Source: Bryobacterales bacterium (GTDB taxonomy: Bacteria > Acidobacteriota > Terriglobia > Bryobacterales > Bryobacteraceae). From it: a DNA stretch of 64,000 bases. The notes under the pieces were generated by a model. That model was not told the DNA's origin. It saw nothing but the letters and a program-made list of their open reading frames with translations, and did no database searches. A program made the translations under genes and the position numbers. Shown piece after piece: positions 27,375 to 35,530 of this stretch; position 1 is the stretch's first letter; each line of letters opens with the position of its first letter. Where the stretch lies: NCBI GenBank assembly GCA_025350625.1, contig JANXXL010000147.1, forward strand, positions 1,275-65,274, written 5' to 3'.

Positions 27375-28159
27375 CCGGCAGCCAGCCCGCCAACCGCCGC
27401 CGCAGCCGCGACGCCCGTGCCGATCGCCACTGGTTTCACCCAACCAGCCACCGGCCTGCATGCCTCGCCCGGCAGGTCCGTCAGCACGGCTTCGCGGATC
27501 AATCGCGTGGCGCCAGCGACTGGCGGTGTTGCGGTGTCCACTACACCCGTGATCTTCACCCGGCGATTAAGATGACTCGCGATATCCGGGCCTTTTACTT
27601 CAACCAGCATCTTAGTGATTTGATCCCGAATCAGAAAATGAGACCTGGCCTCTCCGAGGCATCCGGATACCACCGAGACCTCCCGCGTTTGTCCTTCCGG
27701 AATCTGCGCGACTGGCGCTCCCGCGGCAGTCTGGGCGGCCGCCATTCCCGAGACCGCAGTCACGCTAATGGTCATTTCGTCCAGGCGCCATACCCGGAAA
27801 TTCGAGGCCGCGGCAAGGGAGTCCATGCGCAGTCCATTCGCTTCCACTGCGAAGCCGTCTGCCGGCCAAACCTGCGCCCTGCCCTTCTTGAGAACCAGGC
27901 GATCCGAAAAGATCTGTCCCTGCGCTTCCGGCGCGAGATCGAAGCGAGTGCGATTGGTGAGGCTCACATGCGTGGGACTCTTGAGATCGTCAACCGTGGT
28001 GCCGCTCATCAACGATCCGTTGCCGCGGGCGCGCGACCCGTCAATCTGAAAGTCGCCCGGCGAAACCACCAAGCCTATTGCCGGGTTGGAAATATCAGAC
28101 GCAGCAGCCACTCCGATCCACAACATTGCAGCATAGCCGAATACAACTTTTGAATTCAT
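27323..28159 (-). CDS. secreted/anchored protein of unknown function
   Basis: 278 aa. N-terminal signal-like helix, beta-rich body, C-terminal Ala/Gly-rich hydrophobic segment. Preferred over the Arg-rich antisense ORF 27248-28153. Confidence 0.5.
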   Translation of the reverse strand: MNSKVVFGYAAMLWIGVAAASDISNPAIGLVVSPGDFQIDGSRARGNGSLMSGTTVDDLKSPTHVSLTNRTRFDLAPEAQGQIFSDRLVLKKGRAQVWPADGFAVEANGLRMDSLAAASNFRVWRLDEMTISVTAVSGMAAAQTAAGAPVAQIPEGQTREVSVVSGCLGEARSHFLIRDQITKMLVEVKGPDIASHLNRRVKITGVVDTATPPVAGATRLIREAVLTDLPGEACRPVAGWVKPVAIGTGVAAAAAVGGLAAGQVIFTGGGAAGISPGQ

Positions 28160-28214
28160 GAAAGATCACCTGCCTTGAGTCTACGGCCAACGCCGCACAT
28201 TTCCACCATAAATA

Positions 28215-29459
28215 ATGCCTCATCCGCGAAATCAAGCGATCTATTTTGTTGTACTCCCGAGCCTTATTCTGCTTAGTGCCGCCGGGGTATATATTTCGCT
28301 GCGAATGGCGGCGGCGTCCTACAACTCGCTTACTCCGAGCCTTGCTGAACGCAATGCCGCAGCGTCGCAGTTTCCAGGGAGCGCCGAATATCAAGTGCGG
28401 CTGGCTGACCTGCGAAGGGCGTCCGGCCTGTCATTTACAAGCAATCTTGCAGATGCGGTAAGAGACAGCCCGCGCGATAGCCGCTTGTGGATTCAACTTG
28501 GGTTGGCAGAGGAGCAAGATGGCGATTTAAAGCGTGCGCAAGCCAGCTTGCTGCGCGCCGGAACACTAGGGAAGGATTACGACACACTTTGGACGCTGAC
28601 AAATTTTTACTTCCGTAGAGCAAATCGCGAGCAGACGGTATCGTGGGCCTGTGCGGTCCTATCTATCCCTGGAGTAGACGGCGGACCCGTCTTCTCCCTA
28701 CTGAGCAACTTCCCGGCAAGACCGGATTGCATTCTGCACAGCGATTTTAGCGGGCCGCGAAATGTGCGCCGGGACTACTTGCAATGGGTGATCTCCAAAG
28801 CGGATTTGGATGCAGCGGATCGAGTCGCAGACATCCTGATTCGGGAGCCGGACCCGGAGTCGACGCCGTTGCTTCTCGATTATTGCGACCGCCTGTTGCT
28901 TGCGCGGAGAACCGGGGCGGCAGTCCAGCTATGGAACGCGCTGGCGGGAAAAGGGCGAGTTTCAGCACCGGTTGCCGCCACGGGCGAACTGATTGACGGC
29001 GATCTGAAACTTGCGGATCCTCCGCACGGCTTCGCGTGGCGAATGCCTCCGATTACGGGCGTAGAACTGACATCGCTTAACCCGGGTTTGCAAATTTCGC
29101 TTTCCGGCACGCAGCCCGATAGATGCGAACTACTCTCGCAGTGGGTACTGATTGGCTCCACTTCCGCGCACATGCTGCGCTTCCGTTCGGTCGTGTCGGG
29201 ATTAGGCGCCGGCTCCGGAGTGCACTGGCGAGTGACGACTCCCGACGGCGTTAATTTTTTGGACCCCGCGCGCCTTGAACCCGGTGCCGACATTTACGAT
29301 GGGAGCCCCGCCGAATCCTTACTTCCCTTACTCGGGCCCCCCCATGGCAGCCTGATTCGTGGCGGGCTCATTCACGTAGCGCTGGTCTATGACCGTGTGC
29401 CCGGAGCTGTCCCGGCCCGCGGTTGGATTCGACTGGAAAAAATATGGTTCACCAAATAA
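28215..29459 (+). CDS. membrane-anchored protein with TPR-like N-terminal part and beta-rich C-terminal domain, unknown function
   Basis: 414 aa. One N-terminal TM helix (IYFVVLPSLILLSAAGVYISL), then helical repeats (RLWIQLGLAEEQDGDLKRAQASLLRA). Its end overlaps the start of the ligase-like gene. Confidence 0.5.
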   Translation: MPHPRNQAIYFVVLPSLILLSAAGVYISLRMAAASYNSLTPSLAERNAAASQFPGSAEYQVRLADLRRASGLSFTSNLADAVRDSPRDSRLWIQLGLAEEQDGDLKRAQASLLRAGTLGKDYDTLWTLTNFYFRRANREQTVSWACAVLSIPGVDGGPVFSLLSNFPARPDCILHSDFSGPRNVRRDYLQWVISKADLDAADRVADILIREPDPESTPLLLDYCDRLLLARRTGAAVQLWNALAGKGRVSAPVAATGELIDGDLKLADPPHGFAWRMPPITGVELTSLNPGLQISLSGTQPDRCELLSQWVLIGSTSAHMLRFRSVVSGLGAGSGVHWRVTTPDGVNFLDPARLEPGADIYDGSPAESLLPLLGPPHGSLIRGGLIHVALVYDRVPGAVPARGWIRLEKIWFTK

Positions 29460-30763
29460 CCGGCTGGGCACGAGCGATCCTGACCAACGTCCCGCCGCTC
29501 AGTGCGTCTCTGTTACTCTTCGCCGCCCTGCTGTTCTCGCTAGGTATGGCCTGGAACACTGGCGGCTGGCCCGTCGCGCTTGCCGAGGCCATGATTTTTG
29601 CACTCACCGGCATTACCGCGGCGCACGCGCTTTTCGCCCGCGGGATTCACTTTCCATGGACTGCTACGGTGCTCTTCGCCGCTTGCATCTGGATCGCTGC
29701 GCAGTTGTATGCCGGGCGGTCTGTGTACCGGTTTGGCACCTTACAGTCGTTGCTGATATTCCTCTCTGTCGCGGGCGCGTTCTGGAGCATTCCGCAGCTA
29801 TTTGAAAGTGATAGGGCCGTGCGCGTGATTCGTAAGCTGCTGGTTGCGATTGGATCCGCTACGGCCGCCTTTTCCATCCTTTATCTCCTCACCAGCAATG
29901 GGCGCGTCTACTGGGTGATCGACACTCTCGATTCCTGGCGGCCGATGGGACCTTTCTTAAATGCCAACCACAATGCGGTGTTCATGGAACTGCTGCTGCC
30001 GCTCGCGCTTTGGGAGGCGTTCCACGACGCACGCCTGGGCTACCTGTACGGAGCCGCGGCGGTCTTGATGTATAGCAGCGTGATTTTCGCCGCTTCCCGC
30101 GCTGGCATTATTCTTGCCACTTTGGAGATCGGGGCTCTGGTGCTCTGCTGGCTGGTGCAGACGCGCTTTTCCCGGCGCACCACCCTGGTGGGTTGCGCGC
30201 TGCTCGCGAGCTTAGCTGGCGGAGCGTTTCTCTCCGATTGGCACACCCTTCTGCGGCGTTTCGAAACCAAAGATATTTTCCAGCAGCGTAGGGAACTGCT
30301 AGAGTCAACCGCACTCATGATCCGCGAGCATCCCTTGATGGGTTCCGGCCTGGGGACTTGGGCCATCGCGTATCCAAGATTTGCTGTATTCGAGCCCGGC
30401 CTTGCGGTTTACCACGCACACGACGACTGGGCCGAATGGACGGCGGAGGGCGGCGTTCCTTTCGTGGCGCTGTTGGGTGCCGTCGTACTTCGCTCGATAT
30501 TACTGACTCGCAGATTTGCCTGGGGGATAGGCGTCGCCTCCGCGGCCGCTCATGCCTTTGTGGACTTTCCGTTTCACGTGTATGCGGATCTTTTATGCTT
30601 CTTCCTGATTGCCGCCCTGATGGAAGCCTCCGCCACAAATCAGCAGCTTGTGTACCAATCTCCGGCGACCGGTATCCGACCTGCTACATCGAGAGCGCAT
30701 GTACTGGCACTGACACCGGACGATCCTGCCGCGAGCGCTCGAAAAGAATGGTTTTACGAATGA
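29423..30763 (+). CDS. O-antigen ligase/Wzy_C-domain membrane protein
   Basis: 446 aa, at least 10 TM helices. Large loop with HPLMGSGLGTWAIAYPRF...YHAHDDWAEWTAEGG, typical of the Wzy_C/O-antigen ligase family. Start may be 29441. Confidence 0.8.
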   Translation: MDSTGKNMVHQITGWARAILTNVPPLSASLLLFAALLFSLGMAWNTGGWPVALAEAMIFALTGITAAHALFARGIHFPWTATVLFAACIWIAAQLYAGRSVYRFGTLQSLLIFLSVAGAFWSIPQLFESDRAVRVIRKLLVAIGSATAAFSILYLLTSNGRVYWVIDTLDSWRPMGPFLNANHNAVFMELLLPLALWEAFHDARLGYLYGAAAVLMYSSVIFAASRAGIILATLEIGALVLCWLVQTRFSRRTTLVGCALLASLAGGAFLSDWHTLLRRFETKDIFQQRRELLESTALMIREHPLMGSGLGTWAIAYPRFAVFEPGLAVYHAHDDWAEWTAEGGVPFVALLGAVVLRSILLTRRFAWGIGVASAAAHAFVDFPFHVYADLLCFFLIAALMEASATNQQLVYQSPATGIRPATSRAHVLALTPDDPAASARKEWFYE

Positions 30764-31691
30764 TGCCTTCCAAATTGGTGGTGGGCCTCCAGCCGGTGTG
30801 CGCTTCGATCCGGCAGATGCAGGGGACGCGCCGCCGCATGTCCTCGAAGCCGCCTTCCGGGTAGGCTTCTTCATACGGAACCAGGATGATGCGCGAAGAG
30901 GAATCCGCAGCCTGCTTGACCCGCTCTGCCAACTCGAAGATCGACACCTCTTCGTCGCTGCCTATATTAAAGATCTTACCGGTGACATTCGAACCGCGCA
31001 GCAGGCGCATCACGGCGCCGATGCAATCATCTATATAGGTAAAATTGCGCCTTTGGGCCCCATCGCCAAAAACCCGGATCGGCTGATTGGCCAAGGCGGC
31101 ACGCACAAACGCAGGAAGTACCATGCCATATCGCGCCGACTGCCGCGGTCCCGCGATATTGAAAAAGCGGGTAATGGTTACCGGCAGGTCGTGACTTGCA
31201 TGGTAGGCAAGCCCCATGAATTCATCCAACTTTTTCGAGGTGGCGTAGGACCAACGCTCGATCGAAGACGAACCCAGTATTGAATCGGCATCTTCGCACA
31301 GAGAGTTCGCATCATTCTTGCCATAAGTTTCCGACGTACTTGCCAGCAGAATTGGCCGGCGGAATTCGGCGCAGGCGCTAAGCACACTTTCGGTTCCCTC
31401 CACATTGGTTTTGAGCGATGCCAGCGGCCGTTCCAAAATGGTGTGTACACCCACCGCGGCCGCTAGATGAACCACCCGGTCGCAAATCGAGACTTGAGCG
31501 CGTATCAATTCGCGGTTTAGAATCGAGTCCTGTATGAACCGCAATCGTGGGTGATCCGCCAGCGCCGTCAAGTTGTCCAGCGATCCGGTACTGAGATCGT
31601 CCACTACCGTCACCGAGTGGCCGTCGGCGACCAGGTTTTCCGTAAGATGGGACCCAATGAACCCCGCGCCGCCGGTGATCAGGAAGTGCAT
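30684..31691 (-). CDS. NAD-dependent epimerase/dehydratase (extended SDR, UDP-sugar type)
   Basis: MHFLITGGAGFIGSHL (GxxGxxG); catalytic YATSK (YxxxK); 335 aa. Confidence 0.9.
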   Translation of the reverse strand: MHFLITGGAGFIGSHLTENLVADGHSVTVVDDLSTGSLDNLTALADHPRLRFIQDSILNRELIRAQVSICDRVVHLAAAVGVHTILERPLASLKTNVEGTESVLSACAEFRRPILLASTSETYGKNDANSLCEDADSILGSSSIERWSYATSKKLDEFMGLAYHASHDLPVTITRFFNIAGPRQSARYGMVLPAFVRAALANQPIRVFGDGAQRRNFTYIDDCIGAVMRLLRGSNVTGKIFNIGSDEEVSIFELAERVKQAADSSSRIILVPYEEAYPEGGFEDMRRRVPCICRIEAHTGWRPTTNLEGIIRKTILFERSRQDRPVSVPVHALSM

Positions 31692-31849
31692 ACTTGCGTT
31701 TCCTTAGATCCGCGCGTGAGGCCGGGAAACTCAGGCCGAAAGATATGCCATTGAGGGGGTTTCACCTTGCACTCATCGGTACGCGCTGCGAGAGTATGAG
31801 CTTCCCTTTCTTCGGTGTTTTCCTGCAAAATATCTCTTCAGTTTCGTGT

Positions 31850-32130
31850 ATGGCGTGCTGGCCCTGACACACGTGACAGCGCGTCAAGCCGACGCTCTCC
31901 GCTGCACGGAGGACCAAATCCTCGCAATGGTTGTAAAGCGGTTTGTTGCGAATGAGGCCCTGGTGACATACCTAGGATTAAATCGCGAGCAGATATTCGG
32001 TGGGGATGACGCCCGCCCAGCCCTATTCTTGATAGCCGCCGTCGTAGCTGATTCCCCAAGTCTTCACGTTTGCGCAGTTCACAAAATCTGCGCGTCGACA
32101 CGCAGCCGTCTTGCAAGAAGGACAGGATAG
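31850..32130 (-). pseudogene. remnant of a Zn-dependent alcohol dehydrogenase (MDR)-like gene, N-terminally cut and with in-frame stops
   Basis: Own minus-strand translation: LSCPSCKTAACRRADFVNCANVKTWGISYDGGYQE*GWAGVIPTEYLLAI*. The Cys cluster followed by DGGYxE resembles the structural-zinc loop region of MDR dehydrogenases. Stop at complement of 32023-32025. Weak call. Confidence 0.3.
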
Positions 32131-32162
32131 ACCGCTAGGAGATCAAAGAAGCAACACCCCTC

Positions 32163-32209
32163 GCTTCACACGCAGGAGGTCTGGGGTTCGAGTCCGCGCG
32201 CCCACCATA
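32163..32209 (+). repeat. Direct repeat copy 2 (candidate attR): orphan 3' fragment of tRNA-Val
   Basis: gcttcacacgcaggaggtctggggttcgagtccgcgcgcccaccata. Upstream sequence (…gaagcaacacccctc) has no matching tRNA 5' half, so it is not a second tRNA gene. Confidence 0.85.
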
Positions 32210-32232
32210 CGTCCAGTGCCGCCCACAATTTG

Positions 32233-33984
32233 TCAAGCCAGCTTTCCCGGGTTTTTCAGGTAGCGATTAATCATCGCATCGGCGGCCCAATAGGTCAGCG
32301 CCAGCACCGTGAGTGTCGGATTATGCGACGCGTTTTGCGGGAACGCCGACGCGCCGATCACCCATAAGTTGGGTACGTTCCAATGTTGCAGGTGCGGATT
32401 GACCACGCTTGAATCTGGGTTGACGCCCATGATCGCTCCGCCTTGAATGTGGGTGCTTTGGTAATTAATCACGTTGTACTTGCCGCGCGCCGGCGGAGTG
32501 TCATCGACAGTCGCCCCCATGACTCGCGCGATTTTCCTCGCCACTTCATCGGAGAAGGCGCGCTGGCGGTGTTCATGCTCGGTCCAATCCAGCGTAAAGC
32601 GGAGTAGCGGATCGCCGAACTTGTCCTTATAAGTGGGGTCCAGGTCCATGAAATTCTGACGGTAGGAAAGATGTTCGCCGGAAAGACTGATTCCCGAGTT
32701 GCGGTCGCGCCACTTGATCGCGGCCGCTTTCCACTCCGAGCCCCAATTGGTCTTCGAAGATCCGCGCGGCGCTGCATCGAAGGAGCCGATGGGGCGGTTG
32801 CCGAAACTGTAGGCGCAGATCATTCCGCCGCGCAGCAGGCCTTCCGATCCGGTAAGCCCGTGGTCGCCGTCGAAATCCGAAATGCGCATGCTGAGCGCTC
32901 CGGTGCCCATGAACTGGTTCAGAGGTTTGTCAAAAAAGAGGCGCGTAGTGCCCTCGGCTTGATGCGTTAGGTTACGTCCCAGGGTGCCTTTTCCTGTGGC
33001 GAAATCGTAGGGGACGCCGATTTTCGACAAGTACAGCAAGCGCGTGTTGTTCAATGTGAAGGTGGCGAGCACCACGATTCCGGCGGGCTGGAAAAACTCT
33101 TCCCCATTGGCTCCGATGTATTCGACACCGGTCGCCTGGCCGTCTTTATGCACGATGCGCCGCACCCACGACCCCGTGCGCAATTCGAAATTCTTGCGCT
33201 GCGCCAGCACCGGCATCAACGTATTCGAAGGCTGCGCTTTCGCGCCGATCATGCAGCCGAAACGCTCGCAATAACCGCAATAGCCGCAAGCGGGTCGCGT
33301 AATCCCGTCGGGATTCTTATAAGTTTGGCTGAGGTTACAGGCGGGTTGGCTATGCGGATGGTAGCCGAGCTTCTTGGTGGCGTCGGCAAAAATAGTCGCC
33401 AAATAGGAATTCTTGAGGGGCGGAGTCGGAAATTCATGTTGCCTGGGGCCCTCGACCGGGTTTCCGCCCTCGATGATCTTGCCGCGCAAGTTGCCGGCTT
33501 TTCCGCTGACGCCCAACATCTGCTCGCCGTACCAATAATGCGGTTCGAGCTGATCGTAAGTGACACCCCAGTCCTGAACGGCGAGATCGGCCGGGAGTTT
33601 CGCGGCTCCGTGTTTCTGGGTGAGGTGCGAGCGCAATGTGAACAAGTCCGGCAGGAAGCGCCAGGCGGCTCCATTCCAATGTTCGCCCGCGCCGCCGACG
33701 CCGGAGCCGGGCAGGAACGACCCGTACTGCCGCACCGGCACGGCGTTGCCCGTGGGGGTGTGGCGATGCGTGATGGTTTCTTCGGCGATATTCTGCATCA
33801 TGCGCAGGCGAACGGCGTAGTCGAGTTCGTCCATGTCAAGCGCGTAGTCGGCGGTTTTGCGGGCGATGCCGCGCTCGAGCACCACAACGCTTTGCGCGGT
33901 GCGGGTGGTGAGCTCCTTGGCCATCGCAAGGCCGCTCCATCCTCCGCCGACAATAGCAACGTCAACAGGCTTCAGGTTTGTCAT
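32233..33984 (-). CDS. GMC-family FAD-dependent oxidoreductase
   Basis: 583 aa. N-terminal VDVAIVGGGWSGLAMAKEL dinucleotide-binding fold. C-terminal GMC region with HIQGGAIMG. Confidence 0.85.
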   Translation of the reverse strand: MTNLKPVDVAIVGGGWSGLAMAKELTTRTAQSVVVLERGIARKTADYALDMDELDYAVRLRMMQNIAEETITHRHTPTGNAVPVRQYGSFLPGSGVGGAGEHWNGAAWRFLPDLFTLRSHLTQKHGAAKLPADLAVQDWGVTYDQLEPHYWYGEQMLGVSGKAGNLRGKIIEGGNPVEGPRQHEFPTPPLKNSYLATIFADATKKLGYHPHSQPACNLSQTYKNPDGITRPACGYCGYCERFGCMIGAKAQPSNTLMPVLAQRKNFELRTGSWVRRIVHKDGQATGVEYIGANGEEFFQPAGIVVLATFTLNNTRLLYLSKIGVPYDFATGKGTLGRNLTHQAEGTTRLFFDKPLNQFMGTGALSMRISDFDGDHGLTGSEGLLRGGMICAYSFGNRPIGSFDAAPRGSSKTNWGSEWKAAAIKWRDRNSGISLSGEHLSYRQNFMDLDPTYKDKFGDPLLRFTLDWTEHEHRQRAFSDEVARKIARVMGATVDDTPPARGKYNVINYQSTHIQGGAIMGVNPDSSVVNPHLQHWNVPNLWVIGASAFPQNASHNPTLTVLALTYWAADAMINRYLKNPGKLA

Positions 33985-33996
33985 AAATGGATCTTC

Positions 33997-34767
33997 TTAG
34001 TATGGGTCCAAACCTTTGGCCTTGAGCGAGGCCATGGCGCTCGGCCCGGCGAGATACGAAATCACGGCCTTGGCTGCAGCCGCATGTTTGCTCTTGGCGC
34101 TGATGCCGGCTGAAAACCGAATGTGGTATTGGAATTCCCCCGGCAATGGACCCACAAGTTCGACACCCGGGACCGGCACGATTTCGCTGTATAAAGTAAT
34201 CACCATTTCCGCTTTACCCGCCGCAATACTATGGGTGGAGGCCCCGGAGCTGGGCGCCAGGATGATCTTCGGCTGCACCTGCGAGGCAATCCCCATCCGT
34301 TCAAATATTTTCTCGACATAGCCTCTGCCGGCGCCGTCTTCGGGATAGGTGATGGATTTGGTCGCGAGCAAGGTCTGCTTCAACGCCGCAACCGTCCGGA
34401 TATCGGGCCTGGGGGCGCCTTTGCGGATTCCGATGCCGAGCTCGGACCTTACCAGGTTGGCTTTTGAGTCTCCTGACAGCTTGCCCCGTTTAATTAAATC
34501 GTCGATGGCTTCCGAGGTAATGAGCGTGAGATCGAATTCTTCGCCCGCTTCGATCTGTTTTTTAACGCCAGCCGAGGAATTGAACTTCAACTCTACCGGG
34601 CGGCCGGAAGCGTGCTCCAATCCCGGCTGCAGCTCCTCGATGGCCGCTTTCATGCCGTTTGAAACCAGCACTCGAAGCGCTTCTTCGCCTTTCGCTTCGC
34701 GCAACGGGAGTAAAAACAGCCCCACTGCGGTCGCGGCGATGGCCGCGGCCTTCCGGCGTATAATCAT
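33997..34767 (-). CDS. periplasmic substrate-binding protein, ModA/molybdate-binding-like fold
   Basis: 256 aa. Signal peptide, then LRVLVSNGMKAAIEEL...GKAEMVITLYSEI, typical of ModA-like type II binding proteins. No ABC permease or ATPase gene adjacent. Confidence 0.65.
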   Translation of the reverse strand: MIIRRKAAAIAATAVGLFLLPLREAKGEEALRVLVSNGMKAAIEELQPGLEHASGRPVELKFNSSAGVKKQIEAGEEFDLTLITSEAIDDLIKRGKLSGDSKANLVRSELGIGIRKGAPRPDIRTVAALKQTLLATKSITYPEDGAGRGYVEKIFERMGIASQVQPKIILAPSSGASTHSIAAGKAEMVITLYSEIVPVPGVELVGPLPGEFQYHIRFSAGISAKSKHAAAAKAVISYLAGPSAMASLKAKGLDPY

Positions 34768-34835
34768 TGGTAAATCTTATCAAATACTGCTATTAGCGGC
34801 CGAACACGGGGGCCGCACGGAGGTAAACTCAAGGC

Positions 34836-35528
34836 ATGAGGATTCTGGTCGTCGAGGATGAAAAACGGATTGCGGACTTTTTGTCGCGCGGCCTCGAGAG
34901 TGGCGGCTATACAGTGGATGTCGCTGCCGATGGCGCAGCGGCGGTCGAAATGGTGCACGCCACCGAATACGATCTCATCATCCTCGATCTGGGCTTGCCG
35001 GATATGGATGGCATGGCGGTGCTGAAAAAAATCCGCACCCGCAAGACCAGCCCTGCGGTTTTGATTCTGAGCGCTCGCGACGCCGTCGACGACCGCGTGA
35101 AAGGTCTGGAGGGCGGGGCCGACGACTACCTCGTGAAGCCTTTCGCGTTCGTGGAGCTGCTGGCGCGGGTGCGGGTCCTGCTGCGCCGCGGCCAGCCCAC
35201 TCCGGAGCGCCTGCAGGTAGGCGATCTCTCGCTCGACTGCATCCGCCGCAAAGTCACGCGCGCCGGGGAAAATATCGAACTGGCGCCCAAGGAATTCAGC
35301 ATCCTCGAATATCTGATGCGGAATCGCGGCCGCCCGCTCAGCCGCACCATGATCGTCGAGCATGTCTGGGACATGGATTACGACGGGCTTACCAACATCG
35401 TCGACGTCTATATCCGCCATTTGCGTAGTAAGATTGACGAGAAGTGGCCGGATAAAATGATCCAGACCGTGCGCGGCATCGGCTACATGCTGGATTCGCA
35501 GGAACGTCCCGTGGAGAAAGGAATTTAG
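34836..35528 (+). CDS. OmpR-family response regulator (CusR/CopR-like)
   Basis: MRILVVEDEKRIADFL, DLIILDLGLPDMDG receiver; C-terminal winged-helix LAPKEFSILEYLMRN...VRGIGY. Confidence 0.9.
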   Translation: MRILVVEDEKRIADFLSRGLESGGYTVDVAADGAAAVEMVHATEYDLIILDLGLPDMDGMAVLKKIRTRKTSPAVLILSARDAVDDRVKGLEGGADDYLVKPFAFVELLARVRVLLRRGQPTPERLQVGDLSLDCIRRKVTRAGENIELAPKEFSILEYLMRNRGRPLSRTMIVEHVWDMDYDGLTNIVDVYIRHLRSKIDEKWPDKMIQTVRGIGYMLDSQERPVEKGI

Positions 35529-35530
35529 GC

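Larger units (their letters stand above)
1976..32209. mobile_element. Candidate tRNA-Val-integrated genomic island (~30.2 kb), integrase not detectable
   Basis: Bounded by the intact tRNA 3' end and an orphan direct copy of the tRNA 3' half. Contains an IS remnant, a TA module and an accessory polysaccharide locus. Flanks are housekeeping or metabolic genes. Confidence 0.6.

Noticed and set aside
27248-28153. 301-aa plus-strand ORF overlapping the end of the flippase gene.
   Set aside because: The product is extremely Arg/His-rich and not protein-like. The minus-strand ORF 27323-28159 has a signal peptide and normal composition and is preferred, although it remains only a hypothetical protein.
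1976-32162. Search for an integrase, excisionase or other recombinase that would complete the island model. This included the ~450 bp next to the right repeat and the 870-bp gap at 7724-8593.
   Set aside because: No R..HxxR..Y-type or serine-recombinase-like translation was seen in any frame. The only mobility gene is the ISL3 remnant, so the island call is kept at moderate confidence.
34768-34835. Small hairpin gcggcc-N8-ggccgc in the divergent promoter region between the ModA-like gene and the response regulator.
   Set aside because: A 6-bp GC stem in 60% GC DNA is expected by chance, and there is no accompanying T-tract or known operator pattern.
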